Shown: piece by piece, positions 9,925 through 17,548 of the stretch
How the letters are laid out: every line of letters begins with the position of its first letter
How positions within the stretch are numbered: position 1 is the first letter of the stretch
Assembly: GCA_964504715.1 (NCBI GenBank)
Contig: CAZDEP010000007.1
Location: 6,951 to 70,950 of the forward strand
Reading direction: 5' to 3'
DNA: 64,000 bases
From: an uncultured Candidatus Saccharibacteria bacterium
GTDB lineage: Bacteria; Patescibacteriota; Doudnabacteria; UBA920
The notes under the pieces: generated by a model
The model's database searches: none
Seen by the model: only the letters and a program-made list of their open reading frames with translations
What the model was told of the DNA's origin: nothing
Program-made: the position numbers and the translations under genes

Positions 9925-11137
9925 AGATCTTTTGGAAGAAACAACTTCCGCCTTAACCGGCAACAAAGTCAGGTCAGGCCTCACCATGCTCGGAATTGTA
10001 ATTGGCATTGGTTCGGTTATTGCCATGGTTTCAATCGGGAAGGGGGCCCAAGGTTCGATAGAATCCAGCATCCAGTCCATTGGTTCTAATTTAATTTTAG
10101 TTATGCCCGGGTTTTCTAGGAACGTCGGAAGCCAGGTTTCTTTGGGCCGCGGCAGCGCGCAAACCTTAACCCTGGCCGACGCGGAAGCGATTTTAAATTC
10201 TGTGCCGCGAGTAAAAGCTGTTGCAGCGGAAACTTCGCGCCGTTACCAAGTGGCGGCGAAAAGCAAAAATACCAACACGCAGGTTTTGGGTACCGAGCCA
10301 GCATACGCTTCTGTTCGCAATGTATCGGTACAAAGCGGAGTTTTTATTTCCGAGCAACATCTAAAAAATTACTCTAAAATTGTTGTTCTTGGCCCAGCGG
10401 TTGCAGAGGATCTCTTTGGAAGCGCGGAGAATACATTGGGACAAAGTATAAAAATTAACCGGATAGAATTTAAAGTAGTGGGCGTTACCCAAGCCAAAGG
10501 CGGTAGCGGGTTTAATAATGCGGACGATATGGTTTACGTGCCGCTTTCTACCGCCCAGAGGTTTTTGGCAGGCGATAATTACGTCAGCCAAATTAGCGTG
10601 CAGGCGCAAAGCGCCGCGGATATGTCGTTCGTCCAGCAAAGCGTTTCCGCGCTACTGCTTGCACGGCATAAAATTTCCAACCCTCAGTCGGCAGATTTCC
10701 AAGTTTTAAACCAATCGGATATTGTAAATGCCGCGTCCAGCGTAACCCAGGTTTTTACTACGCTTTTGGCCTCCATTGCCGCTATTTCCCTCCTGGTCGG
10801 AGGCATAGGTATTATGAATATGATGCTCACAACGGTTACAGAAAGGACAAAAGAGATTGGTTTAAGAAAAGCGATTGGCGCGCGGAAAAAAGACATAACC
10901 GCTCAATTCTTGCTGGAAGCTGTTATACTTACCTTAGCCGGAGGATTTTTGGGGATCTTGCTCGGTTGGCTGCTGTCATTTTTGGTATCCAGGTTTGCAG
11001 GCATTGCGACACAAATTTCTCCCAGCTCGGTTTTTTTGGCAGTTGGCGTTGCAGGGGTCATTGGGCTGGTGTTCGGTTATTATCCGGCGTTGAGGGCTTC
11101 CCGTTTGAACCCAATTGATGCTTTGCGTTTTGAATAA
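9914..11137 (+). CDS. ABC transporter permease, FtsX/MacB family
   Basis: A 407-aa ORF with an N-terminal TM, a large periplasmic domain and a C-terminal 3-TM FtsX-like region. Confidence 0.8.
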   Translation: MKYKDLLEETTSALTGNKVRSGLTMLGIVIGIGSVIAMVSIGKGAQGSIESSIQSIGSNLILVMPGFSRNVGSQVSLGRGSAQTLTLADAEAILNSVPRVKAVAAETSRRYQVAAKSKNTNTQVLGTEPAYASVRNVSVQSGVFISEQHLKNYSKIVVLGPAVAEDLFGSAENTLGQSIKINRIEFKVVGVTQAKGGSGFNNADDMVYVPLSTAQRFLAGDNYVSQISVQAQSAADMSFVQQSVSALLLARHKISNPQSADFQVLNQSDIVNAASSVTQVFTTLLASIAAISLLVGGIGIMNMMLTTVTERTKEIGLRKAIGARKKDITAQFLLEAVILTLAGGFLGILLGWLLSFLVSRFAGIATQISPSSVFLAVGVAGVIGLVFGYYPALRASRLNPIDALRFE

Positions 11138-11226
11138 GATTTTAAAAAAATTAAGGCTGGACTTGTGCGTAAGCAATATGCTCGTCCAAAAATGGGCTTT
11201 GCGGAAGTCCTGAAAGAAAGGAAGAT

Positions 11227-11685
11227 ATGAATAAAAGAGTAGTGGCTTATATTGCCGTTACGGGCATAGTGGCCGCAGGAGCTGGCTTTTGGGGAGGCAC
11301 AGCTTATCAAAAATCCCGAATTTCGCGTATAAAAGGTATGACAAATGGTTTGCCTTTTATGCAAGGCGAACAGGGGAACAGGACTTTTGGCCAATTTAGA
11401 ATGGTGGGCACCGCGGGCAGGGGCACTCAAAATGCAGGGGTTGTAATGGGAGAAATTATTAGCAAAGATGAAAAGAGCCTAACGGTAAAATTGCCCGATG
11501 GCGGGTCAAAAATTGTGTTCTTTTCTTCTTCCACGGAAGTAGGCAAAACCGCAACAACAACGCCGGAGTTTTTATCAACCGGACAGTCTATAGTAGCCAG
11601 CGGTTCTCCCAATTCCGACGGATCGATAAGTGCCCAAAATATCCAAATCAGGCCTCGCGTTGATATTATCAGTCCACAAAAATGA
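11227..11685 (+). CDS. Secreted hypothetical protein
   Basis: A 152-aa ORF with a signal/anchor sequence. Confidence 0.45.
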   Translation: MNKRVVAYIAVTGIVAAGAGFWGGTAYQKSRISRIKGMTNGLPFMQGEQGNRTFGQFRMVGTAGRGTQNAGVVMGEIISKDEKSLTVKLPDGGSKIVFFSSSTEVGKTATTTPEFLSTGQSIVASGSPNSDGSISAQNIQIRPRVDIISPQK

Positions 11686-11739
11686 AAGCTGTTTGATATA
11701 ATATAATTAGGATCTAAAATTAATTAAAAGGAGCAAAAA

Positions 11740-12264
11740 ATGGAAGAGCAGAATAACACCCCGGCCGAAAATCCAAAAGGCGGCAAGGGTTGGATAGTAG
11801 GAGTAATTATTATTTTATTGGTCGCCGGCGGCGCGTATGCCTTTAGCCGCAAGTCGTCCACTACCTCCAAGCAGGAGCAAGATGAAGTCCAGGACATAGA
11901 CAACGACGGCGACGAAGGCATGGCGCCTTCTTCCGGCGGATCTGAACCGTCCCCGGTAGTTGTGGCAACTTCAACCCCCGATGCGGTAGGCGTAAAAACC
12001 TTTACGGTGGATGCCAAAAGCTTTTCCTTTTCGCCTAACGAAATTAGGGTTAAAAAAGGCGACAAGGTCAAGATTGTTATGAACAATACCGGCGGATTCC
12101 ATGACTGGGTTGTGGACGAATTCAATGCACGGACCGAAAGGGTTACCGGCCCGGCCACGGCCAGCGTGGAATTTACCGCTGACAAAGCCGGCACGTTTGA
12201 ATTTTACTGCAGCGTAGGCGAGCACAGGCAAATGGGTATGAAGGGGAATTTAGTGGTGGAGTAA
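11740..12264 (+). CDS. Membrane-anchored cupredoxin-like (type-1 copper) protein
   Basis: The C-terminal domain carries His..Cys-x4-His-x3-Met ligand spacing (GFHDW ... YCSVGEHRQMGM). A terminator hairpin follows at about 12290-12320. Confidence 0.6.
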   Translation: MEEQNNTPAENPKGGKGWIVGVIIILLVAGGAYAFSRKSSTTSKQEQDEVQDIDNDGDEGMAPSSGGSEPSPVVVATSTPDAVGVKTFTVDAKSFSFSPNEIRVKKGDKVKIVMNNTGGFHDWVVDEFNARTERVTGPATASVEFTADKAGTFEFYCSVGEHRQMGMKGNLVVE

Positions 12265-12414
12265 TACCAGCCAAATCACCAAGGATTATCAAAGGCCGAG
12301 GCGCTAGCTTCGGCCTTTGATTTTTATGCGCGAATATTTTATAATATACCAAGTGCCCAAATTTTCGGATTTGCATGGGTAATAAAATTCTATGTAAATT
12401 TGTGGCTGGGATGA

Positions 12415-12489
12415 TGGGGTGTAGCCAAGCGGTAAGGCAAGCGGCTCTGAACCGCTCATTCCTAGGTTCGAATCCTAGCACCCCAGCCA
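12415..12489 (+). tRNA. tRNA-Gln (anticodon CTG)
   Basis: Cloverleaf read by hand: U1:A72 acceptor (typical of bacterial tRNA-Gln), D-arm gccaagcggtaaggc, anticodon loop ctCTGaa, T-arm ctaggttcgaatcctag, encoded CCA. Confidence 0.75.
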
Positions 12490-12650
12490 CAAATTTATAT
12501 TCATCCCGTTATAAGCGGTAAGGCACCCCGATCCGATCGGGACATTCCTAGGTTCACCTGTCCGCCTCTGGCGGAAATCCTAGCACCCCAGCCACAAATT
12601 TATATTCAACTTGGTATAGGCGGTAAGGTACCCGTCTAAGGCGGAAAAAA
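12490..12650 (+). pseudogene. Tandem degenerate tRNA-derived repeats (pseudo-tRNA fragments)
   Basis: A second unit repeats the D-arm and T-arm sequences of tRNA-Gln but lacks the 5' acceptor and carries a 19-nt hairpin inserted in the T-loop. The 30-bp string aatcctagcaccccagccacaaatttatattca is duplicated, followed by a third partial unit. Confidence 0.5.
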
Positions 12651-12671
12651 CTGCCCAAAACCATGAAAAAT

Positions 12672-12700
12672 CACCAACAAGGTTGGTGATTTTTTATTTG
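12672..12700 (+). terminator. Rho-independent terminator after the tRNA cluster
   Basis: tcaccaacaaggttggtgattttttat. Confidence 0.55.
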
Positions 12701-12766
12701 AGTGATCCTGTTTTAAAACAGTGGTATAATGAATTAGTCCTTATTAATATTTAGCAAAAATATTAT

Positions 12767-13192
12767 ATGTCTACGCCCGAAACCCAACACAGCCACGAAG
12801 AGAGAAATGAGCATTTGGATTTATATGTAATGTTCAAAAGTGAGGAGGAAAGGGAACACGCAAAGCGCGCGTTTGAGGAAATTATAAAAGAAGATAAAGA
12901 AAAGGGGATTTATATACTGCCTGCAGGGCCGGATTATCCGATGGCTTTATCGGAATTGCCAAAAAACGTCCTCAATGGGGATTTTGAGGAAATTTCTAAC
13001 GATCCCTTGCGGCCCGGCGTGGGATTGAAATTTTCCTTCAAGCACACCCCGAGTTTATTTTCCAAACCCGAAGATTTGTCCGCATTTATAATTATGGCCC
13101 TGGAAGACAAAGGTTTAAATATCCAGAAGAGGGCCGGACATACGGAAACTTATGAGGTGGTGGGGCTGCGACAAAAAGGAAATGTTTTTTAA
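12767..13192 (+). CDS. Hypothetical cytoplasmic protein
   Basis: A 141-aa ORF preceded by a TGGTATAAT -10 at 12722-12730. Confidence 0.45.
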   Translation: MSTPETQHSHEERNEHLDLYVMFKSEEEREHAKRAFEEIIKEDKEKGIYILPAGPDYPMALSELPKNVLNGDFEEISNDPLRPGVGLKFSFKHTPSLFSKPEDLSAFIIMALEDKGLNIQKRAGHTETYEVVGLRQKGNVF

Positions 13193-13760
13193 GCGGCTAA
13201 GACAAGTTTTAAAATGGCTTGCTGCCGCGTTTGTCGGGATTTTGATGCTGGACGCCCTGCTTTTGGTGGGGTTTTCGGTTTTTCCCAAACAAGCGAAAAA
13301 ATCAGACGCCATAATTGTCTTGGGCGCGGCCATAAACAGTCCGGCGCTTTACAACCGTTCCATGGAGGCCTTAAGGCTGTATGAGGAAGGCCGGGCCCCG
13401 CTTATGGTGCTTTCGGGCGGCCGCATAAGCGAAGCCGATATTTCGGAAGCCACATATATGCAAAGGGCCATGCAGAACAAAGCCGCCGTACCTTTAAATT
13501 TGATTCTCGACGAAGCTTCTCATAACACTTTTGAAAACATCAGCAACTCCAAAGCCAAATTGTCCGGCTCAAACAGCATAATAATAGTAACCGACAAATT
13601 CCATTTGGCGCGCAGCTGGCTTACGGCCAAATCTTTGGGTTTTAAAAACGTCTCATGGAGCGCACCGGATACCAAATACCCCGCAAGCGAACTTAGGTAT
13701 CATTATTTCAGGGAATTTGTGGCAATTATTGCTTATATACCAAAATTTGTATTTAATTAG
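13152..13760 (+). CDS. YdcF/SanA (DUF218) family membrane-anchored protein
   Basis: IIVLGAAINSPALYNRSMEALRLYEEGRAPLMVLSGG matches the DUF218 core. The likely start is at a Met near 13180. Confidence 0.65.
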   Translation: MRWWGCDKKEMFFKRLRQVLKWLAAAFVGILMLDALLLVGFSVFPKQAKKSDAIIVLGAAINSPALYNRSMEALRLYEEGRAPLMVLSGGRISEADISEATYMQRAMQNKAAVPLNLILDEASHNTFENISNSKAKLSGSNSIIIVTDKFHLARSWLTAKSLGFKNVSWSAPDTKYPASELRYHYFREFVAIIAYIPKFVFN

Positions 13761-13804
13761 GAAGAGTGGTATTTTAAAAAAGATTTAATATAGAATATAA
13801 ATTT

Positions 13805-14563
13805 ATGAGAACACCCGACACAAATCCAAGTTTCGTAGAAAGTTCGGCTGAATTGCCTCCGGAATTGGAGAAAATAACCCGCCTAATGGAAGAAGAGGCA
13901 ATAACCCAAGATGATAAAAAAATTGCGGAAAGAGCTAAGCAGACTTTGGAGCTTTTTTATCAAAGGGCAAGGGATTCTTATATGAATATTCGGGGCAAGC
14001 CTTTTCTACGAACAGAAATGGTAGAGGGCCAAAAAGTTTACCCTCTGCCCGTTGCTTATACGGAAAATTACTATTCTGGACAAGAGACTAGGCTGGTATT
14101 TTCAGAAGCGTATCAGCAAAGGTTACTAGTAAAATTGGGCGCATGTAAGTATCTTAATACTTCGGAAACAGATGAGGTAGGCAAAACGCTTGGGGAATTA
14201 TATGTAAGGGGGCATAACCCAGCGGCTTCGGATAGGGCATTTGAGAATAAAAAGTGGATTAATTATCATTGCCGAAAAGAAGGCGGGTTTGGCGTGGCCC
14301 CGGGTATAATGAAAGTGAGTTTTGTGGGAGATGAAAGATATGAAGAGACAAAGTACGATAACGAATATGGGCTGGCGGGGGTTGAAATTCAAGGCATGGT
14401 TCCTAATTCTTATTCTGAAGAAGGTAAAATTTCAGGTGTGAACAATAATTATTATTGGGAGAATAAGGGTGTATTTACAAAGAGGGACGAGTCTAGAATG
14501 TTGAGATTGTTTATGCATGAGGAGGCCGTGAAAAGTTGGTTTGATGCAAAAAAAGTTGAATAA
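13805..14563 (+). CDS. Hypothetical protein
   Basis: A 252-aa ORF with no recognisable motifs. Confidence 0.45.
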   Translation: MRTPDTNPSFVESSAELPPELEKITRLMEEEAITQDDKKIAERAKQTLELFYQRARDSYMNIRGKPFLRTEMVEGQKVYPLPVAYTENYYSGQETRLVFSEAYQQRLLVKLGACKYLNTSETDEVGKTLGELYVRGHNPAASDRAFENKKWINYHCRKEGGFGVAPGIMKVSFVGDERYEETKYDNEYGLAGVEIQGMVPNSYSEEGKISGVNNNYYWENKGVFTKRDESRMLRLFMHEEAVKSWFDAKKVE

Positions 14564-14573
14564 ATTTAAGCGT

Positions 14574-14602
14574 TTGACGGTTTTACCAGCGTCTGGTATA
14601 AT
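14574..14602 (+). promoter_or_regulatory. Consensus sigma70 promoter (TTGACG, 17 nt, TGGTATAAT) for the rplJL operon, followed by a long leader
   Basis: ttgacggttttaccagcgtctggtataat. It is followed by about 330 nt of non-coding leader containing hairpin actcggataaaaccgagtttttt, a likely L10 autoregulatory leader/attenuator. Confidence 0.55.
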
Positions 14603-14721
14603 ATATAAAGTTAAATATCCAAAGACAGTTGGTTCCCAATTTGGATTGGGATTAAGGCCTAAAGTAGGCGCCCGCCGAGGAAATGAATTGTTGCCTGAGC
14701 AAAGTCGAAGGCCACAATAAA

Positions 14722-14756
14722 TTTGACCCTTCCATAAAGTCAGGGATCAAATTTTA
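14722..14756. repeat. Palindromic 35-bp intergenic repeat (second copy at 17488..17520)
   Basis: aaatttgacccttccataaagtcagggatcaaatttt versus aaattttgacccttccacagggtcagggatcaaaattt. Confidence 0.6.
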
Positions 14757-14936
14757 TCATCTTACTCGGATAAAACCGAGTTTTTTGTTTGCCGCTGATT
14801 TTGTGCGGATAATTACGCGGATTTCTCGCTGAATCCTTCGGCGACATATCTGCGTAGGCATCGGCAATTTATCAGCGATAAAAGGGTCGATAAAATAACC
14901 GGTGAAATAAGTAATTTAAAGAGAGTAAATTATCAA

Positions 14937-15536
14937 ATGCCCAAAAGTAAACAGCAAAAAAACGAAGACTTGGCGGAGTTAACCTCAAAGCTTAAAGAAG
15001 CCAAATCTGTGGTCTTAAGCGGCTACCGCGGCACCACGGTAAAGGATATTACCAAGTTCCGTTCTAATCTTCGCAAGGAAAATATTTTTTCCAAAGTCTA
15101 CAAGCTTTCTTTAATAAAGAAAGCCTTAAAGGCTGTCGGGATAGACGGCGAAATTTCCGACCATAAAATGCCGGTTATCCTCTCCGTTTCGGCGGAAGAT
15201 GAAACCACTCCTGCCCGCCTCATTAAGAATTTTTCCAAGGATGTTAAAACCATTAGCATTTTGGAAGGCGTGGTAGACGGAAAATTGGTCAAACAGGAAA
15301 CGGTTATGGCTTTAGCCAGCCTGCCGACTAAAGATCAGTTAAGAGCCCAGTTTATGTCCGTACTAAACGGCCCCATTTCCGCTTTTGCCAGAGCCATAAA
15401 AGCTTTGGCCGACAAAAAATCGGAAGGGGAAAAGCCAGCGCCCTCTGAAGCCGTGGCCAAGGAGGAAGCTCCCGCCCAGGCTGCTGAGCCGGCGCAAGCT
15501 GCCGCAGCTCCCATGGAGCCCGCGGCCGCCGCATAA
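14937..15536 (+). CDS. rplJ: 50S ribosomal protein L10 with an Ala/Pro-rich C-terminal tail
   Basis: A 199-aa ORF with an L10-like N-terminus, immediately upstream of L7/L12. Confidence 0.85.
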   Translation: MPKSKQQKNEDLAELTSKLKEAKSVVLSGYRGTTVKDITKFRSNLRKENIFSKVYKLSLIKKALKAVGIDGEISDHKMPVILSVSAEDETTPARLIKNFSKDVKTISILEGVVDGKLVKQETVMALASLPTKDQLRAQFMSVLNGPISAFARAIKALADKKSEGEKPAPSEAVAKEEAPAQAAEPAQAAAAPMEPAAAA

Positions 15537-15568
15537 ATTATTCAATCATTAATATATAATCTTACATT

Positions 15569-15970
15569 ATGTCAGACGAAGTAAAAGTAGAAGTCCCCGA
15601 GAAGTTCAAATCCTTGGTGGACCAAGTGGAAAAGCTCACCGCGATTGAGCTTTCCGAATTAGTAAAAATTTTGGAAGAGAAATTCGGCGTTTCCGCCGCC
15701 GCTCCGGTTATGATGGGCGCGGGCCCGGCCGCAGGCGGCGCAGCCCCGGTTGAGGAAAAGACCGAATTCAACGTGGAATTGACGGAAGCCGGTGCGAACA
15801 AAATTAACGTTATTAAAGTTGTCCGCGAAATTACCGGCCTGGGTCTTAAGGAAGCCAAAGACATTGTCGACGGCGCTCCTAAAGTAGTTAAGGAAAACGT
15901 GGCCAAAGCGCAGGCTGAGGAATGGAAAAAGAAGATCGAAGAAGCCGGCGGCAAAGTGGTTTTAAAATAA
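15569..15970 (+). CDS. rplL: 50S ribosomal protein L7/L12
   Basis: An N-terminal dimerisation region, an Ala/Gly/Pro hinge, and the C-terminal domain [23 protein letters not shown]. Confidence 0.92.
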   Translation: MSDEVKVEVPEKFKSLVDQVEKLTAIELSELVKILEEKFGVSAAAPVMMGAGPAAGGAAPVEEKTEFNVELTEAGANKINVIKVVREITGLGLKEAKDIVDGAPKVVKENVAKAQAEEWKKKIEEAGGKVVLK

Positions 15971-16078
15971 TATAGTATAATTATTTTCAAGCCATCCCGA
16001 GTGCAGCCGAGGGATCTATTTCCAATAATAGATTGCGTCGTTGTGCGCATGGGGCTAACCGAAAATAATAAAACTACA

Positions 16079-16108
16079 AAAACCGCCCTTTTCATTGGGC
16101 GGTTTTTT
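16079..16108 (+). terminator. Rho-independent terminator after rplL
   Basis: aaaaccgcccttttcattgggcggttttttg. Confidence 0.6.
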
Positions 16109-16174
16109 GTTTACACTAACAAACAGATCCCTCGTCGCTTATGCTCCTCGGGATGAAAGCTAAATAATAAACAG

Positions 16175-17200
16175 ATGTCTATCAACTTTTGGCAACAATT
16201 ACCTAAGCCCTTTTTTGCCCTGGCACCCATGGAAAACGTTACAGACCTGGCTTTCCGTGAAATTTTTGCCTTGCACGGCAAACCCGACGTTAGTTTTACC
16301 GAATTTATAAATGTGGACGGTTTAACGCACCCTGTGGGCTTTGAGCATTTAAAGCGCGACTTGCAGTATACCGAAAAGCAGAGGCCCATTGTTGCGCAAA
16401 TTTGGGGACGCGACCCCGAGAAATTTTACAAAGCCGCGGGCATTATTGCCTCTTTGGGATTTGACGGCGTGGATATAAACATGGGCTGTCCGCAGGACAA
16501 GGAGATTTCCCAAAAAACCTGCGCGGCTTTAATCCGCGAACCGGGATTGGCAGGCGAAATCATCCAAGCTGCAATCGAAGGGTCATCCTTGCCGGTATCA
16601 GTTAAAACCCGTTTGGGCTATTCCAAATCAGACGAAATGGAAGGTTGGATTTCGCATCTTTTAAAATACCCAATTGCGGCGCTTACTCTCCACGCCCGCA
16701 CCAAACAGGAAAAGTCGGCAGTACCGGCTCACTGGGAAAAAATTAAAGAAGCGGTGGAAATAAGAAACCGCATCCAAGCCCCCCACCCTAACCCTCCCCT
16801 CGAGGGGAAGGGAAGGGGAGGGGTGAGGCCGCTTATTATCGGCAATGGGGATATTAAATCGCGGGGGGAAGCCCTGGAGCGCATTAAACAAACCGGCTGC
16901 GACGGCGTTATGGTAGGCAGGGGAGCCTTTGGCAACCCGTGGATTTTTAGGCCGGACGGTTATGACCCAACAGTAAAAGAGCGTTTAGGCGTAATGCTAG
17001 AGCACGCGGAAATGTTTGAAAAATTTTTTGCAGGGCAAAAGTCTTTTGCGGTTATGCGAAAAAATTTCAAAGCTTACGCCAGCGGCTTTGAAGGTGCGGG
17101 GGAACTGAGGGCAAAGTTAATGGAGACGGAAAATTTAGCTGAGGTATCAAAGTTGGTAGCTGATTTTGTCCCTGAGCGTGTCGAAGGGCAAAATCAATAA
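16175..17200 (+). CDS. tRNA-dihydrouridine synthase (Dus family) carrying an in-frame palindromic insert
   Basis: ALAPMENVTD..FDGVDINMGCPQ (flavin/Cys motif). The codons for PHPNPPLEGKGRGGVRP come from a 47-bp palindrome at 16781-16827. Confidence 0.85.
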   Translation: MSINFWQQLPKPFFALAPMENVTDLAFREIFALHGKPDVSFTEFINVDGLTHPVGFEHLKRDLQYTEKQRPIVAQIWGRDPEKFYKAAGIIASLGFDGVDINMGCPQDKEISQKTCAALIREPGLAGEIIQAAIEGSSLPVSVKTRLGYSKSDEMEGWISHLLKYPIAALTLHARTKQEKSAVPAHWEKIKEAVEIRNRIQAPHPNPPLEGKGRGGVRPLIIGNGDIKSRGEALERIKQTGCDGVMVGRGAFGNPWIFRPDGYDPTVKERLGVMLEHAEMFEKFFAGQKSFAVMRKNFKAYASGFEGAGELRAKLMETENLAEVSKLVADFVPERVEGQNQ

Positions 17201-17208
17201 CTTTTGCG

Positions 17209-17478
17209 CTAATTCCATTTGCCCCACTCACCCTTAATTAGTTTTTCTTTTTTTTCTCTGGTCCAACCTTTAATTTGCTTTTCCCGCAGGCTCGCTTCTT
17301 CAAAATTTTCAAATTCCTCGCAGTATGCCAGCCGTTTGATCCCATGTTTTTTTGTATATTCAGATCCTAATTTTGAAATATGTTGATCGCTCCGATTGCC
17401 CACATTCCAAGTTCTGCCCGTGTAGTAGCTGCCATCTAAACATTCCAGAATATATACGTACCATTTCCATTGCTGCAT
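17209..17478 (-). CDS. Small GIY-YIG nuclease-family protein
   Basis: YVYILECLDGSYYTGRTWNVGNR.DQH is the GIY-YIG core; a palindromic repeat lies immediately upstream. Confidence 0.75.
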   Translation of the reverse strand: MQQWKWYVYILECLDGSYYTGRTWNVGNRSDQHISKLGSEYTKKHGIKRLAYCEEFENFEEASLREKQIKGWTREKKEKLIKGEWGKWN

Positions 17479-17548
17479 AAAATTTTGACCCTTCCACAGG
17501 GTCAGGGATCAAAATTTAATCCCGGCAATATTAAAAGGCAAAAGTATT

